Shown here in pieces: positions 10,410 through 20,337 of a stretch of DNA of 64,000 bases. The notes beneath the pieces were generated by a model, which ran no database searches, had not been told where the DNA came from, and worked only from the letters and a program-made list of their open reading frames with translations. The position numbers and the translations under genes were made by a program. The first letter of the stretch is position 1. Every line of letters begins with the position of its first letter. Source of the DNA: Alphaproteobacteria bacterium (GTDB lineage Bacteria > Pseudomonadota > Alphaproteobacteria > SP197); contig OZ219918.1 of assembly GCA_964291415.2 (NCBI GenBank), positions 1-64,000 of the forward strand, in the 5' to 3' direction.

Positions 10410-10427
10410 GTGGCAAGTCAATCCTTC

Positions 10428-10817
10428 TCACGGAGCGCGGCAGGCGAGGCGGTCCCCGTCGGCTGAACACCTGAATTGCCGTTCACGTCCGGAAACGGCG
10501 GCGAGATCGGTGTTGCCGACGCTCCGGCTCCAGTCTTCGTGCATGCCGCAGAGCAGGTTCTCCAGCATCATCGGCCCTGTGTCATGGCGTGCCATCGCCA
10601 GGCCGCCGTCAGGAGTATCGACGAGGGTGAACCGGTAGGTGCCGCCGGCGGGGATGACGGGAAGATCCACGGTCACGAAGTGCGCCAGCACGGCGACGCA
10701 GCGGATGTCGCCGTCCGTGACGTTGGCCAGCGCGATGCGGATGGCGTTGTCGTGTCGGCATGCGACAAGGGCGTATATCATGAGAGCCGCAACAGTGACG
10801 TGACGGGGAATGGACAT
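10428..10817 (-). CDS. Hypothetical small secreted or lipoprotein
   Basis: Signal-like N-terminus ending LVAC; five Cys in total; fills the gap between two B6 genes. Confidence 0.5.
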   Translation of the reverse strand: MSIPRHVTVAALMIYALVACRHDNAIRIALANVTDGDIRCVAVLAHFVTVDLPVIPAGGTYRFTLVDTPDGGLAMARHDTGPMMLENLLCGMHEDWSRSVGNTDLAAVSGRERQFRCSADGDRLACRAP

Positions 10818-11988
10818 GACGGCGACAAAACCTCCGGTTCTGACTTTGAGCGCCGGGCCGGTGCAGAGCTACCCCAATGTGCTTCAGGCCATGGCACGGC
10901 CGATCGGCTACGACTTCGATCCTTCGTTCCAGGCGTTCTATGAGGAGACCGCACTCGAGTGCGGTCGCGCCATGCGCCAGGACGAGCCGGCCCTCATCCT
11001 GCAGGCCGAACCGGCGGTCGCCATCGAGGCTGCGGCCGCCTCGCTGATCTCGGCCGACAATGTCGTGCTCAACCTCGCATCGGGTGTCTACGGCAAGGGG
11101 TTCGGCTACTGGTCCGCGCGCTACCACAAGTCGATGGTCGAGATCGAGGTGCCGTTCAACGACGCCATCAGCCCGGCGGCTGTCGAGACTGCGCTCCGTG
11201 ATCACCCGGAGATCTCGGTGGTCTCCGTCGTCCATCACGACACCCCGTCCGGCACCCTCAACCCCATCGTCGACATCGGCCGCCTGGTGGCCGATCACGG
11301 GGCGCTCCTCATTGTCGATGCGGTGTCCTCGTTCGGCGGCATGGATATCCACCCCGCGGACTGCCATGCGGACATCTTCATCACCGGTCCGGGAAAGTGC
11401 CTGGGCGGCACGCCGGGGATCACCTTCGTCGCGGTGTCGCAGGCGGCCTGGGAGAAGATGGAACGCAATTCCGCCGCGCCGCGCGCCTCGGCGCTGAGCT
11501 ACCTCGACTGGCGGAACGCCTGGAGCCGTTCGGCGCCCTTCCCGTTCACCCCCTCCACGGCCGAGGTCTGCGGGCTGGCGGAGGCCGTGGACCACTACTT
11601 CCGCGAGGGTCCGCAAGAGGTCTGGCGGCGCCACGCTCTCACCGCCAGGGCCTGCCGCGAAGGCCTCAAGGCCAGCGGCGCAACGCTGTGGGCGGCCCGC
11701 GAGGACATCGCGTCGCCGACCACCACGGCCATCGAGGTTCCGGAAGGCCTCAAGGACACCGACATCTTCGATGTCGCGCGGCGGGACTATGGCGTGGTCT
11801 TTTCCCTGGGCCGGGGTGCGACCGCCGGCAAGCTCATGCGCATCGGCCACATGGGCCCGACGGCGGAACCGGCCTATGCTCTCATCGCCGTGGCCGCCAT
11901 GGCTGGCGCCATGCGCAAACTTGGCTTTCCCGCCGAGGCCGGCAAGGGAGTCGAGGCGGCCCTGGCCGTGATCGACAATCAGGAGTAG
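10810..11988 (+). CDS. ppaT: Pyridoxamine--pyruvate aminotransferase
   Basis: LTLSAGP, EAAAASLIS..VVLNLASGVYGKGFGYW, HHDTPSGTLNP, DAVSSFGGM, GPGKCLG, PFPFTPS and RIGHMGPTA match the M. loti PPAT signature. Confidence 0.9.
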   Translation: MDMTATKPPVLTLSAGPVQSYPNVLQAMARPIGYDFDPSFQAFYEETALECGRAMRQDEPALILQAEPAVAIEAAAASLISADNVVLNLASGVYGKGFGYWSARYHKSMVEIEVPFNDAISPAAVETALRDHPEISVVSVVHHDTPSGTLNPIVDIGRLVADHGALLIVDAVSSFGGMDIHPADCHADIFITGPGKCLGGTPGITFVAVSQAAWEKMERNSAAPRASALSYLDWRNAWSRSAPFPFTPSTAEVCGLAEAVDHYFREGPQEVWRRHALTARACREGLKASGATLWAAREDIASPTTTAIEVPEGLKDTDIFDVARRDYGVVFSLGRGATAGKLMRIGHMGPTAEPAYALIAVAAMAGAMRKLGFPAEAGKGVEAALAVIDNQE

Positions 11989-12794
11989 TAGCCGTCGGGC
12001 GCCTTCACGTAGTCGACGAAGCTCTCCGGATCGTGGGAGTAGAAGAGTTCGGCGTCATGGGTCTCTGCCAGGTCCTTGAGACGCTGCATGGACTGCAGGC
12101 TGGCCGTCGGATCGAGGTGGAAACTCGAGATGCACATCAGGTCCATGTTCTTCTGGCTGTAGCACGCATCGGCCGTGAAGAGCATCGGCCGCCGGTTGGC
12201 CAGTTCGACCATCATCGAGTAGTGGCCCGCCGTGTGGCCGGGGGTCTCGAAGAGCCACAGGCCCTTGGCGAGCTCCTGATCGCCGGTCAGGGTCTCGAAC
12301 TTCGGCGTGTAGATGTCGAGTTCCGGATCCCCGGAGCCGCCGACTGAACTCTCCGCATCGCCGCCCTCGCTTTTTGTGAAGCCGAGATCCGAATACCCCA
12401 GGTGCTCGAAGGGCTGATGGTGCTCGCAGGCTTCGAGTTCCTTCGCATGGCACACCGTGCAGGCTGTCGAGAGGTGCCGGTTTCCGCCGCAGTGATCGAA
12501 GTGGTAGTGCGAATTGATGACGTAGTTGATGTCCGACGGTTTCATACCGACGAGATCGAGGGCTCCCGGAATGGTCTGCTCGGGTGTCTGCAACGGCTTC
12601 TCGAAGGGCAGCACCTTCATGACGTGGTCGTAGTCGTAGCCGGTGTCGAAGAGATAGAGGCCGTCGTCATGTTCGACGAGGACGGCATAGCAGGGAAACC
12701 GGAGTTCGCCTCCCGGCCCCCGGTTCCAGAAGGCGTGGAACCCGTCAATCACCAGGGTTCCGCCATCGAGAAGGTGGACTTTGGTATCGGCCAT
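11979..12794 (-). CDS. 4-pyridoxolactonase (metallo-beta-lactamase fold)
   Basis: MADTKVHLLDGG..FWNRGPGGELRFP, DTGYDYDHVMKVLPFEKP, HYHFDH and PFEHLGYSDL. The true start is ATG 12794 inside the longer listed ORF. Confidence 0.9.
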   Translation of the reverse strand: MADTKVHLLDGGTLVIDGFHAFWNRGPGGELRFPCYAVLVEHDDGLYLFDTGYDYDHVMKVLPFEKPLQTPEQTIPGALDLVGMKPSDINYVINSHYHFDHCGGNRHLSTACTVCHAKELEACEHHQPFEHLGYSDLGFTKSEGGDAESSVGGSGDPELDIYTPKFETLTGDQELAKGLWLFETPGHTAGHYSMMVELANRRPMLFTADACYSQKNMDLMCISSFHLDPTASLQSMQRLKDLAETHDAELFYSHDPESFVDYVKAPDGYYS

Positions 12795-12823
12795 GAGTTG
12801 ACCCTCCTTGGCAGGTGATGTCG

Positions 12824-13759
12824 TCAGCGCGCTCCGCGCTGATAGGGAAGCCCCAACGCCGGCGGCAGGTAGCTGTGTCTGGCAAACAGTAACAGAACAA
12901 CGATCACCATGGCGAAGGGCAGCATCTGGATGACGTCGGTGGGAATGTTGACGCCGATGACCTGCAGGGCCGTGGTGAGAGCAAGGCTGGCGCCGAACAG
13001 GAAGGCGCCGAAGAGGACCCACAAGGGATTGCCGCGGGCCAGCATGGCAAGGACGATGGCAATGAAACCGGCACCGCCGGTCATGAACGGCAGGAAGAGG
13101 CCGCCGCCAACGGTCGCCATGTAGGCTCCCCCCAGACCGCCCAGGCATCCGGTCACCAGCACCGATACGAAACGGGTCACCGTCACGCTCACGCCCGCCG
13201 CATCCAGGGCGGCCGGGGCATCGCCGGCCGCCTGCAGGTTGAGCCCGGCCTGGGTGCGTCTGAACACCCAGATCATGAAGAAGGTCAGTGCGAAGGCAAG
13301 GTAGATGAGGGCGTTCCGGTCGAAGAACGCCGGGCCGATGTAGGGGATGTCCGCCAGACCGGGAATGGTCCAGGTCTCGACCCGGGACAGCCGTGGATAG
13401 GAGCGGGAATACAGGACGTGATGCAGGAGGGCGGTGACGCCCTCGGCGCCAAGCGTGATGGCGATGCCGACGACGATCTGGTTCATGCCCAGAACGACAC
13501 ACAGCACGGCCATGATGAGCGCCACGGCCATGCCTGCCAGGATGCCGGCGCAGAACCCGGCAAGGAACGAGTCCGTGGCGTAGGCGGCGGCAAATCCGGC
13601 GAAGGCGCCGGCCAGCATCATGCCCTCGAGGCCGATGTTGAGGACGCCTGCCTTTTCGGACACCTGCTCGCCCAGTCCGGCAAGAAGCAGCGGCACTCCG
13701 GCCGTGACGGCGCCGAAGAAGAGGGAGGCGATGAAGGCTTCGCTGAGCAGTCCGTCCAC
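12824..13759 (-). CDS. ABC transporter permease (nucleoside/BMP type, putative vitamin B6 uptake)
   Basis: GEQVSEKAGVLNIGLEGMML, GAGFIAIVLAM and PPALGLPY; GTG start at 13759. Confidence 0.88.
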   Translation of the reverse strand: MDGLLSEAFIASLFFGAVTAGVPLLLAGLGEQVSEKAGVLNIGLEGMMLAGAFAGFAAAYATDSFLAGFCAGILAGMAVALIMAVLCVVLGMNQIVVGIAITLGAEGVTALLHHVLYSRSYPRLSRVETWTIPGLADIPYIGPAFFDRNALIYLAFALTFFMIWVFRRTQAGLNLQAAGDAPAALDAAGVSVTVTRFVSVLVTGCLGGLGGAYMATVGGGLFLPFMTGGAGFIAIVLAMLARGNPLWVLFGAFLFGASLALTTALQVIGVNIPTDVIQMLPFAMVIVVLLLFARHSYLPPALGLPYQRGAR

Positions 13760-13764
13760 GGGTT

Positions 13765-14814
13765 TCAGTCCCCTGCCGTCAGGCGCCGGCGGTGGTCCAG
13801 GAACTCCGTGACGGCCAGAAACAGCATCACCAGGCCTACCAGAACCAGCACGAAGTATGTCGGAACGTCCAGCCGCCGGGCGGCGCTTTCGCCACCGATG
13901 ACGAGGACGGCGAAGACGAAGACGAAGGCGATGACGGCATAGCCGTTGAAGCGCGCCAGGAAGACCAGGGGGATGACGACAATGCCGTAGGCCGGGTTCC
14001 AGTCGGCGCGGATGGTGCCGTGGACGCCGAGAACGTCGACGGCGCCGGCCAGGCCCGCCAGGCCTGCACTGATGGCGAAGGCGACGACCACGAGAAGCCG
14101 CAACCGCAGGCCTGCGTGGACGGCCGTCTTCATGTTGGCCCCGACAATCTGCAGTCTCATCCCGAGCGCCGTCATCGTCATCGCGTGGTGGACGGCAACC
14201 ACCACGACGAGCGCCAGCAGCACCCCCCAGTGGATGGTGGTATCCGCCAGCCGCGCCAGGCGGTCCTCGACGGCAAGGGTGGCGGTCTGCGGCACGGTGG
14301 TCAGCGGATCGTTGAACGGGATCTTGATGAGAACGTTGGCGAGACTGACACCCAGAAAGCTCATCATCAGGGTCGAGATGATCTCGTTGACGCCGAACTG
14401 CGCCTTGAGGAGAGCGGGAATGAGCGACCAGGCAGCGCCAACGGCCATGGCCACGGCAAAGCACACGGCAATCATCAGGACCGGCGGCAGTCCGTCCGCG
14501 AGTTCGGGCGCCAGGGCCGCCGTCACCACGGCGGCGAGCAGGAGTTGGCCGTCCACGCCCAGGTTCCACAGACCGCTGCGAAAGGCCACGATCAGTCCGG
14601 CAGCGATCAACAGCAGGGGCGCAGTGCGGGTGAGTGAGGCCTCGAGCCCCGTCGGGCTCAACAGCCCCCGTTTGACGACGTAGCCGTAGTAGGCGAGGGG
14701 GTCCTTGCCGAGCGCCAGCAGCAGGATGCCTCCGACGGCAAGCGCGAGAACGACCGGCAGCAGCACGGAGACCATCCCGTGAAGCCACGAAACGAGAGGG
14801 TGCTGCCGGTTCAT
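13765..14814 (-). CDS. ABC transporter permease (nucleoside/BMP type)
   Basis: FRSGLWNLGVDGQ and VNEIISTLMMSF; hydrophobic with many TM segments. Confidence 0.88.
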   Translation of the reverse strand: MNRQHPLVSWLHGMVSVLLPVVLALAVGGILLLALGKDPLAYYGYVVKRGLLSPTGLEASLTRTAPLLLIAAGLIVAFRSGLWNLGVDGQLLLAAVVTAALAPELADGLPPVLMIAVCFAVAMAVGAAWSLIPALLKAQFGVNEIISTLMMSFLGVSLANVLIKIPFNDPLTTVPQTATLAVEDRLARLADTTIHWGVLLALVVVVAVHHAMTMTALGMRLQIVGANMKTAVHAGLRLRLLVVVAFAISAGLAGLAGAVDVLGVHGTIRADWNPAYGIVVIPLVFLARFNGYAVIAFVFVFAVLVIGGESAARRLDVPTYFVLVLVGLVMLFLAVTEFLDHRRRLTAGD

Positions 14815-14815
14815 C

Positions 14816-16417
14816 TCAGGCAGCCTCGACCCCCGCCATCAGGCGGCCGATGGCTGTCGTGGCACCAGGCCGGTTCCTCACGATGCCGGCAATGCGGCCG
14901 CGCTCCATCACGGCGATGCGATGCGACACGTCGATCAGTTCCTCGAGTTCATTGGAGATGACGACAATGGCGGAATCCGCGTTGCCGCCGATGCTCTTGA
15001 TCCAGTCCCGCGCCCGGCGCGTGTTCTGAAGGTCCAGCCCGTAGGTCGGCTTGGAGACGACAAGAAGCCGGGCATCGCCGGTCCACTCCCTGGCCAGCAG
15101 GACCTTCTGGATGTTGCCTCCCGACAGGCCGGCAAGGGGAGCCCGTTCCGACGGCGCCACGATGCTGTAGGTCCTGATCATGTGCCGGGCATGATCGTGA
15201 ATACGCCTCCACAAGGTGATTCCGCCTCTCCAGAATTGCGGCGAGCCGATCTCCTTGATGACGAGGTTGATGGCCAGCGAGTGACGGGGTGCCGTTCCCT
15301 CGCCAAGGCGTTCGTCGGTGATGTAGCGCACGCCGAGGCGGCGGCGGCCGGCAACGCCGAGATGTCCTATCTCCCTTCCGGCCAGCGAGATCGAGCCGGT
15401 TGTCATCATGCGCTGGCCGGCAAGAACCTCGGCCAGGTGTTTCTGGCCATTGCCGTCGACACCGGCAATGCCCATGATTTCTCCGGGCCTGACCTCGAGG
15501 TCCGCGCCGTCGAGAGCGCACTCGCCTCGCTCTCCGGCCGTGTGCCCGCCGCGGAGCGCGAGGAGCGGCTCCGCCCCGGCATCGGCGTGCTGTCGGCTCT
15601 GCGGTTCCGTGGCGTCGCCGACCAGGGTGGCCCGGAGGTCTTCCGCCTTTCCGCCACGTCCGAACATCATGGCGACTACGCGTTCAATGATCGCGTCCGG
15701 CGACATCGTGCCCAACTCGGCAGGCTCTACCTCGCCGACAACGCGCCCCTGGCGCAGCACCGATATGCGATCGGCGAGATCGCTGGCCTCCTTCAGCTTG
15801 TGGGTGATGAAGACGATGGCGACACCATGGTCGCGCAACCGGCGCATGACGACACCGAGGTCGTCGACGCCCTGGGGTGTCAGCATCGACGTCGGTTCAT
15901 CGAGGAAAAGGATCAGTTCGCCGTGCCACAGGGCGCGCATGATCTCGACCTGCTGCTGTTCCCCCAGGGAGAGCCTGCCCACCAGGGCATCCGGCGACAC
16001 CCTGACGGAGAGCAGTTCGGCCAGTTCGGCGAATCGCCTGGAGGTAGCGGCACGGTCGAGGGTGCGCCACCACGGGTTTCCCAGCATCAGGTTCTCGAGG
16101 ACGCTCAGGCTCGGGACGAGCAGGACGTGCTGATAGACCGTGCCGATACCCAGGCGCAGGGCGGCAGAAGGCGACGCGATTCGCACCGGCCGGCCGGCGA
16201 CCTCGATGGAGCCGGAGTCGGGGCGCACCATGCCGGAAACGATGCCGATGAGTGTGGATTTGCCGGCGCCGTTCTCGCCCAGGAGGGCATGAATCTCGCC
16301 GCGCCGGAAGACCAGCGACACCCGGTCGTTCGCGAGAACGCCGGGGAATCGCTTGGTGATGTCGTGAAGTGTGAGGGCGGAATCGCCGTCAGGCGCGCCG
16401 ACGGGTTCAGGTTCCAC
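14816..16417 (-). CDS. ABC transporter ATP-binding protein (tandem ATPase domains)
   Basis: GENGAGKST Walker A, LSLGEQQ, DEPT and a second-domain LSGGNIQK. Confidence 0.93.
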   Translation of the reverse strand: MEPEPVGAPDGDSALTLHDITKRFPGVLANDRVSLVFRRGEIHALLGENGAGKSTLIGIVSGMVRPDSGSIEVAGRPVRIASPSAALRLGIGTVYQHVLLVPSLSVLENLMLGNPWWRTLDRAATSRRFAELAELLSVRVSPDALVGRLSLGEQQQVEIMRALWHGELILFLDEPTSMLTPQGVDDLGVVMRRLRDHGVAIVFITHKLKEASDLADRISVLRQGRVVGEVEPAELGTMSPDAIIERVVAMMFGRGGKAEDLRATLVGDATEPQSRQHADAGAEPLLALRGGHTAGERGECALDGADLEVRPGEIMGIAGVDGNGQKHLAEVLAGQRMMTTGSISLAGREIGHLGVAGRRRLGVRYITDERLGEGTAPRHSLAINLVIKEIGSPQFWRGGITLWRRIHDHARHMIRTYSIVAPSERAPLAGLSGGNIQKVLLAREWTGDARLLVVSKPTYGLDLQNTRRARDWIKSIGGNADSAIVVISNELEELIDVSHRIAVMERGRIAGIVRNRPGATTAIGRLMAGVEAA

Positions 16418-16461
16418 CCGTCGACGCTCCTGGCGTTGTGACTCTTGGCGTGGCGTCCGGT

Positions 16462-17508
16462 TCAGCCCTCGCCGATATCGATTGACGTCATCAATGCCCG
16501 GACCTCCTGGGCGTCCGTGATGAGATCGATCATCATGCCGGAGAGGATTTCGTCACGCTTGGCCATGATCGACGCCCAGACATCGTCCGGAATGTTGTCG
16601 GTCTTCAGCAGCTGGACGGAGTCATCGGCCAGCTGGATCTTGTATCCCACGGTGCCGAAGGTGCCCGCCTTGAGGTCCTCGACCATGGCGGAATAGACCG
16701 GAACCATGTTCCACAGGACGGAACTGAGGAGGTGGCTGGCGGCCTGCGACGTCTTGTCGCCGATCACGTCGATGAACCACACCTTGCCTCCGTCGGCGGC
16801 CGCGGTTGTTTCGACAGCCTGGATCATGCCGAAACTGGAACCGTTGCCCTGTCCGAAGATGATGTCCGCGCCTGCGGCAATCACCGTCTCCGTGACACGG
16901 CGTCCACCGGCGACATCGCCGTAGGCGGCCGGCCCGATGACGGCATAGATTATGTTGATGTCGGGATTGGTGGCGCGGGCGCCCATGGCAAACCCGGCGG
17001 ACTGGGAGTTCCACGACGGCGGTTCACCGGACACGACGATGCCCACGGTTCCCGAACGGCTCATCATCGCGGCCATGGCCCCGGCGAGCCATGCGCCTTC
17101 GTGACCGTGCAGCGTGTAATCCGCCACCAGCCCCTCCTGGACGGCATCGGGGCTGTCGACGATGGCCACCGGCACACCGGTCTCGGCAGCGATTTCCGGG
17201 GCTGCCGTGTTGTATCCGCTGGCATGGGCGATCATCAGGCTGGCGCCGTCCTCGGCGAGTTCGCGCAGTGTCGGACGGACGTCGCCGTAGCCCAGGCCCT
17301 CTGCCGGCATGAACTCGAGGCCGTGCATGTCGGCGACGGCGCGTGCGGCATCGACACCCTGCTGGTTCCAGCCGAAGTCCGTGCCCTGTTCAGGAACCAG
17401 AACCGCAATGCTCGTGACGTCGTCGGCCAGACTGGCCTGGACCACGCCGAACGCCATGACGGCGCCCGCCGCGAGTCCGGCAATGAACTTTCTTCCGGAT
17501 TGTTTCAT
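16462..17508 (-). CDS. BMP-family ABC substrate-binding protein (putative B6 vitamer binding)
   Basis: Signal peptide, DFGWNQQG, IAHASGY and GADIIFGQG; first gene of the transporter operon within the B6 cluster. Confidence 0.87.
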   Translation of the reverse strand: MKQSGRKFIAGLAAGAVMAFGVVQASLADDVTSIAVLVPEQGTDFGWNQQGVDAARAVADMHGLEFMPAEGLGYGDVRPTLRELAEDGASLMIAHASGYNTAAPEIAAETGVPVAIVDSPDAVQEGLVADYTLHGHEGAWLAGAMAAMMSRSGTVGIVVSGEPPSWNSQSAGFAMGARATNPDINIIYAVIGPAAYGDVAGGRRVTETVIAAGADIIFGQGNGSSFGMIQAVETTAAADGGKVWFIDVIGDKTSQAASHLLSSVLWNMVPVYSAMVEDLKAGTFGTVGYKIQLADDSVQLLKTDNIPDDVWASIMAKRDEILSGMMIDLITDAQEVRALMTSIDIGEG

Positions 17509-17560
17509 GGGGATCTCCCTTGTGAGGTCAATCCGTTTCCCTGTGGACCGGGGAACCGGA

Positions 17561-19219
17561 TCAGCGTGTCAAGCCTACAGGATGCGCTTCGCCGTCCGCA
17601 ACGACCTCCGCGGCCGGAGCGAGGGGCGGCTTGCCCAGAATGAGGTCGGCTGCACGCTCCGCCACGGCGACGACGGCAGCGTTGATGTTGCCGCTCACGA
17701 GGCGGGGCATGACGGAAGCATCGACGACCCTCAGGCCTGTGGTTCCATGGACCTCCAGGGCCGGGCTGACGACCGCCGCCGGATCGCCGTCACGTCCCAT
17801 CGAGCAGGTGCCCAGAGGATGATGCACCGTGATGGCGGTCGATCGAATGTGGTCGTCCACATCCCCGTCTCCCGGAGCGGTTTCGGCATCGATGAAAGTT
17901 CTGAGAGCAGGTTGCGAGGCGACGTCGCGGGCAAGCTCGATACCCCGGCGCATCGCCTTCCAGTCGTTTTCCCTGGCAAGGAAGTTCGACTGCAGGAGCA
18001 CCTTCCCGGCAGGGTTGTCGTCGGCGAGTGTGATCCGCCCCCTGCTCCGGGGGTGCAGCAGCACGATGCGGCAGGCAAAGCCATCCGTGAAGGGCTTCAG
18101 CCACCACGGACCGACGCCGAGTGGTGCTGCCGTGAAGAGGAGCTGGATGTTGGGCGCCGGCAGCGCGGCGTCGGTCTTGAGGAAGGCGGTGATGCCCCCT
18201 GGAACGTCGCTGGCGAAACCGCTGCCGAGGAACCGGGCCTGCAGCATGGCAAGCGCGATGCGGTCATAGCGCATGGCCCTGGCGAAGGGGCCGGGTTCCC
18301 GTCGCCTGTAGAGAAGGATCGTCGAGACATGGTCCTGCAGGTTGCTGCCGACACCGGGCAGGTCGACGAGGACCGGGATGTTTCGGTCACGCAACGCATG
18401 GGCATCGCCGATGCCGGAATGCATGAGGAGCTTTGGCGAGTTGATGACCCCGCACGAGACGATGACTTCGCGTTTGGCCCGGATGGTGCGCGTCCGTCCG
18501 CCCTGGATCACTTCCACGCCCACGGCCCTTGCGCCCTCGAAGAGAATGCGCGTGGCCTGGGTGTTCACGACCACGCTCAGTCCACGCCTGGAGAGCGCCG
18601 GGCGCAGGTAGGCCGACGCGGCGCTCGCGCGGCGGCCGCGGCGTATGGTCATCTGCAGGCGGCCGAAGCCGTCCTGGTGCGCGGCGTTGTAGTCCTCGGT
18701 CCAGGAATGCCCGGCTTCGCGGCCGGCTTCGCCGAAGGCCTCGACAAGCGGATCCTGGTACTTGCAGAACTGGACATGGAGGGGGCCACCGGCGCCGCGC
18801 CAGGTGTTGGCGCCTTGCTCCCAGTTCTCCTGGCGCTTGAAGTAGGGAAGCATGTTGGCCCAGGACCAGCCGGGCAGTCCGCCGGCTGCCCAGGTGTCGT
18901 AGTCGTGTGGATTCCCCCGGACATGCGCCATGGCGTTGACGGAAGACGATCCTCCGACGACCTTGCCCCTGGCGCACTCCACGCTGCGGCCGCCAAACCC
19001 CTCCGCGGGTTCATAGAAGTACATCCAGTCGTGCAGGCGGTTCTGCAGGATCTTGCCCCATCCCAGCGGAATGTGAATCAGGGGATCGCGGTCCCATCCC
19101 CCGGCTTCCACCACGAGCACACGGGTGACATTGTCGGCAGACAGACGGTTGGCAAGCGTGCACCCTGCCGAACCGGCGCCGACAATCACGTAATCGAAGG
19201 TTTCCTGCACGGCGGTCAA
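17561..19219 (-). CDS. 4-pyridoxate dehydrogenase (GMC oxidoreductase)
   Basis: GAGSAG FAD motif, DRDPLIHIPLGWGKIL, VECARGKVVGGSSS, FGRLQMTI, DVPGG and ITVHHP resemble the recalled M. loti enzyme; B6 context. Confidence 0.85.
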   Translation of the reverse strand: MTAVQETFDYVIVGAGSAGCTLANRLSADNVTRVLVVEAGGWDRDPLIHIPLGWGKILQNRLHDWMYFYEPAEGFGGRSVECARGKVVGGSSSVNAMAHVRGNPHDYDTWAAGGLPGWSWANMLPYFKRQENWEQGANTWRGAGGPLHVQFCKYQDPLVEAFGEAGREAGHSWTEDYNAAHQDGFGRLQMTIRRGRRASAASAYLRPALSRRGLSVVVNTQATRILFEGARAVGVEVIQGGRTRTIRAKREVIVSCGVINSPKLLMHSGIGDAHALRDRNIPVLVDLPGVGSNLQDHVSTILLYRRREPGPFARAMRYDRIALAMLQARFLGSGFASDVPGGITAFLKTDAALPAPNIQLLFTAAPLGVGPWWLKPFTDGFACRIVLLHPRSRGRITLADDNPAGKVLLQSNFLARENDWKAMRRGIELARDVASQPALRTFIDAETAPGDGDVDDHIRSTAITVHHPLGTCSMGRDGDPAAVVSPALEVHGTTGLRVVDASVMPRLVSGNINAAVVAVAERAADLILGKPPLAPAAEVVADGEAHPVGLTR

Positions 19220-19390
19220 CTCCCGTCATGGTCTCCATGGTGACATCCGCCTGACCGGTTTTCCATGACGGCGCAAGTCTTTCTGTTCACTGCCGCGGAC
19301 CATCCCGCGTTGCACACGAAGGCGGCACGGCTTATCACTCGTGCCTTGTCCAACAGTGCGCGTCGGGCGGTCGGCGGGGCGAAGGAAGCC

Positions 19391-20242
19391 ATGGATATCC
19401 TGACGATCCAGTCCCACGTCGCGCGGGGCCATGTCGGTCTCAACGCGGCGGTGCTGCCCCTGCAGCTTCTGGGCTTCGAGGTCGACGCCGTGCCGACGGT
19501 GGTGTTCTCCAATCACCTGGGCTGGCAGGACTACGAGGGGCGCGCTCTCGAACCCGCCTGGGTGACGCGCGTCATCGATGGCGTCGCGCGCCGCGGCCTC
19601 GGCCAGTGCCAAGCCCTGCTGACGGGATTCATCGGTTCGCCGGAACTCGGTGACACCGTGCTTCACGCCCTCGACGTGCTGCGCCAGGCCAACCCCGGCG
19701 CCCTCTATGCCTGCGATCCGGTGATGGGCAACGAGGACGGTTTCTTTGTCGAGCCCGGCGTGCCCGAGTACCTCAAGGATCACATCGTGCCGAAGGCCGA
19801 CATTCTCTTTCCCAATCACATGGAGCTCGAGTTCCTCGCCGGACGGCCGGTCAACACGATCAGCGATGCCCTCGAGGCGGCCCGCGCCGTCCAGGAGATG
19901 GGCCCCGACACGGTCCTCGTCACCTCGCTCGAGGCCCGCGCCGGGTTTCCCCGGACAATTCCCGTCATCGCCGTTGACCGTCACTGCGCCTGCCAGGCCA
20001 GCGTCGAACGCCTCGACGTCCCGGTCGATGGCGCCGGCGACCTTGTCGCCGCGGTGTTCACGGCGGCGACCCTGCGGGGAGCGGCGCTTCCCGATGCGCT
20101 GGCCCATGCCCTCGCCACAACCCACGGCATCATGAGAAAGACGGCGCAATGCCATGCCGAAGAACTCGCCCTCGTCTCCGGCCGCGACGAAATCGTGAAC
20201 CCCAGCCAGCCCGTCGACGTGACGCTCATCGACGCTCCCTGA
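19391..20242 (+). CDS. pdxY: Pyridoxal kinase
   Basis: ILTIQSHVARGHVG, PTVVFSNH, CDPVMG, PNHMEL and GAGD ribokinase anion hole; ATG 19391 follows GAAGGA. Confidence 0.88.
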   Translation: MDILTIQSHVARGHVGLNAAVLPLQLLGFEVDAVPTVVFSNHLGWQDYEGRALEPAWVTRVIDGVARRGLGQCQALLTGFIGSPELGDTVLHALDVLRQANPGALYACDPVMGNEDGFFVEPGVPEYLKDHIVPKADILFPNHMELEFLAGRPVNTISDALEAARAVQEMGPDTVLVTSLEARAGFPRTIPVIAVDRHCACQASVERLDVPVDGAGDLVAAVFTAATLRGAALPDALAHALATTHGIMRKTAQCHAEELALVSGRDEIVNPSQPVDVTLIDAP

Positions 20243-20337
20243 TTCGCTTCCAAGAAGCGTCCCACATTCGCCATCAGGAGGCCGGCGCCACGTCGTCCTG
20301 CCCGAACAGCTGCCTTGCCAGAATGCAAACACCGCTT

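Noticed and set aside
11979-14788. Apparent long N-terminal extensions or fusions on the lactonase (507 aa) and permease (654 aa)
   Set aside because: Artefacts of open frames over upstream genes; family homology starts at 12794 and 13759.
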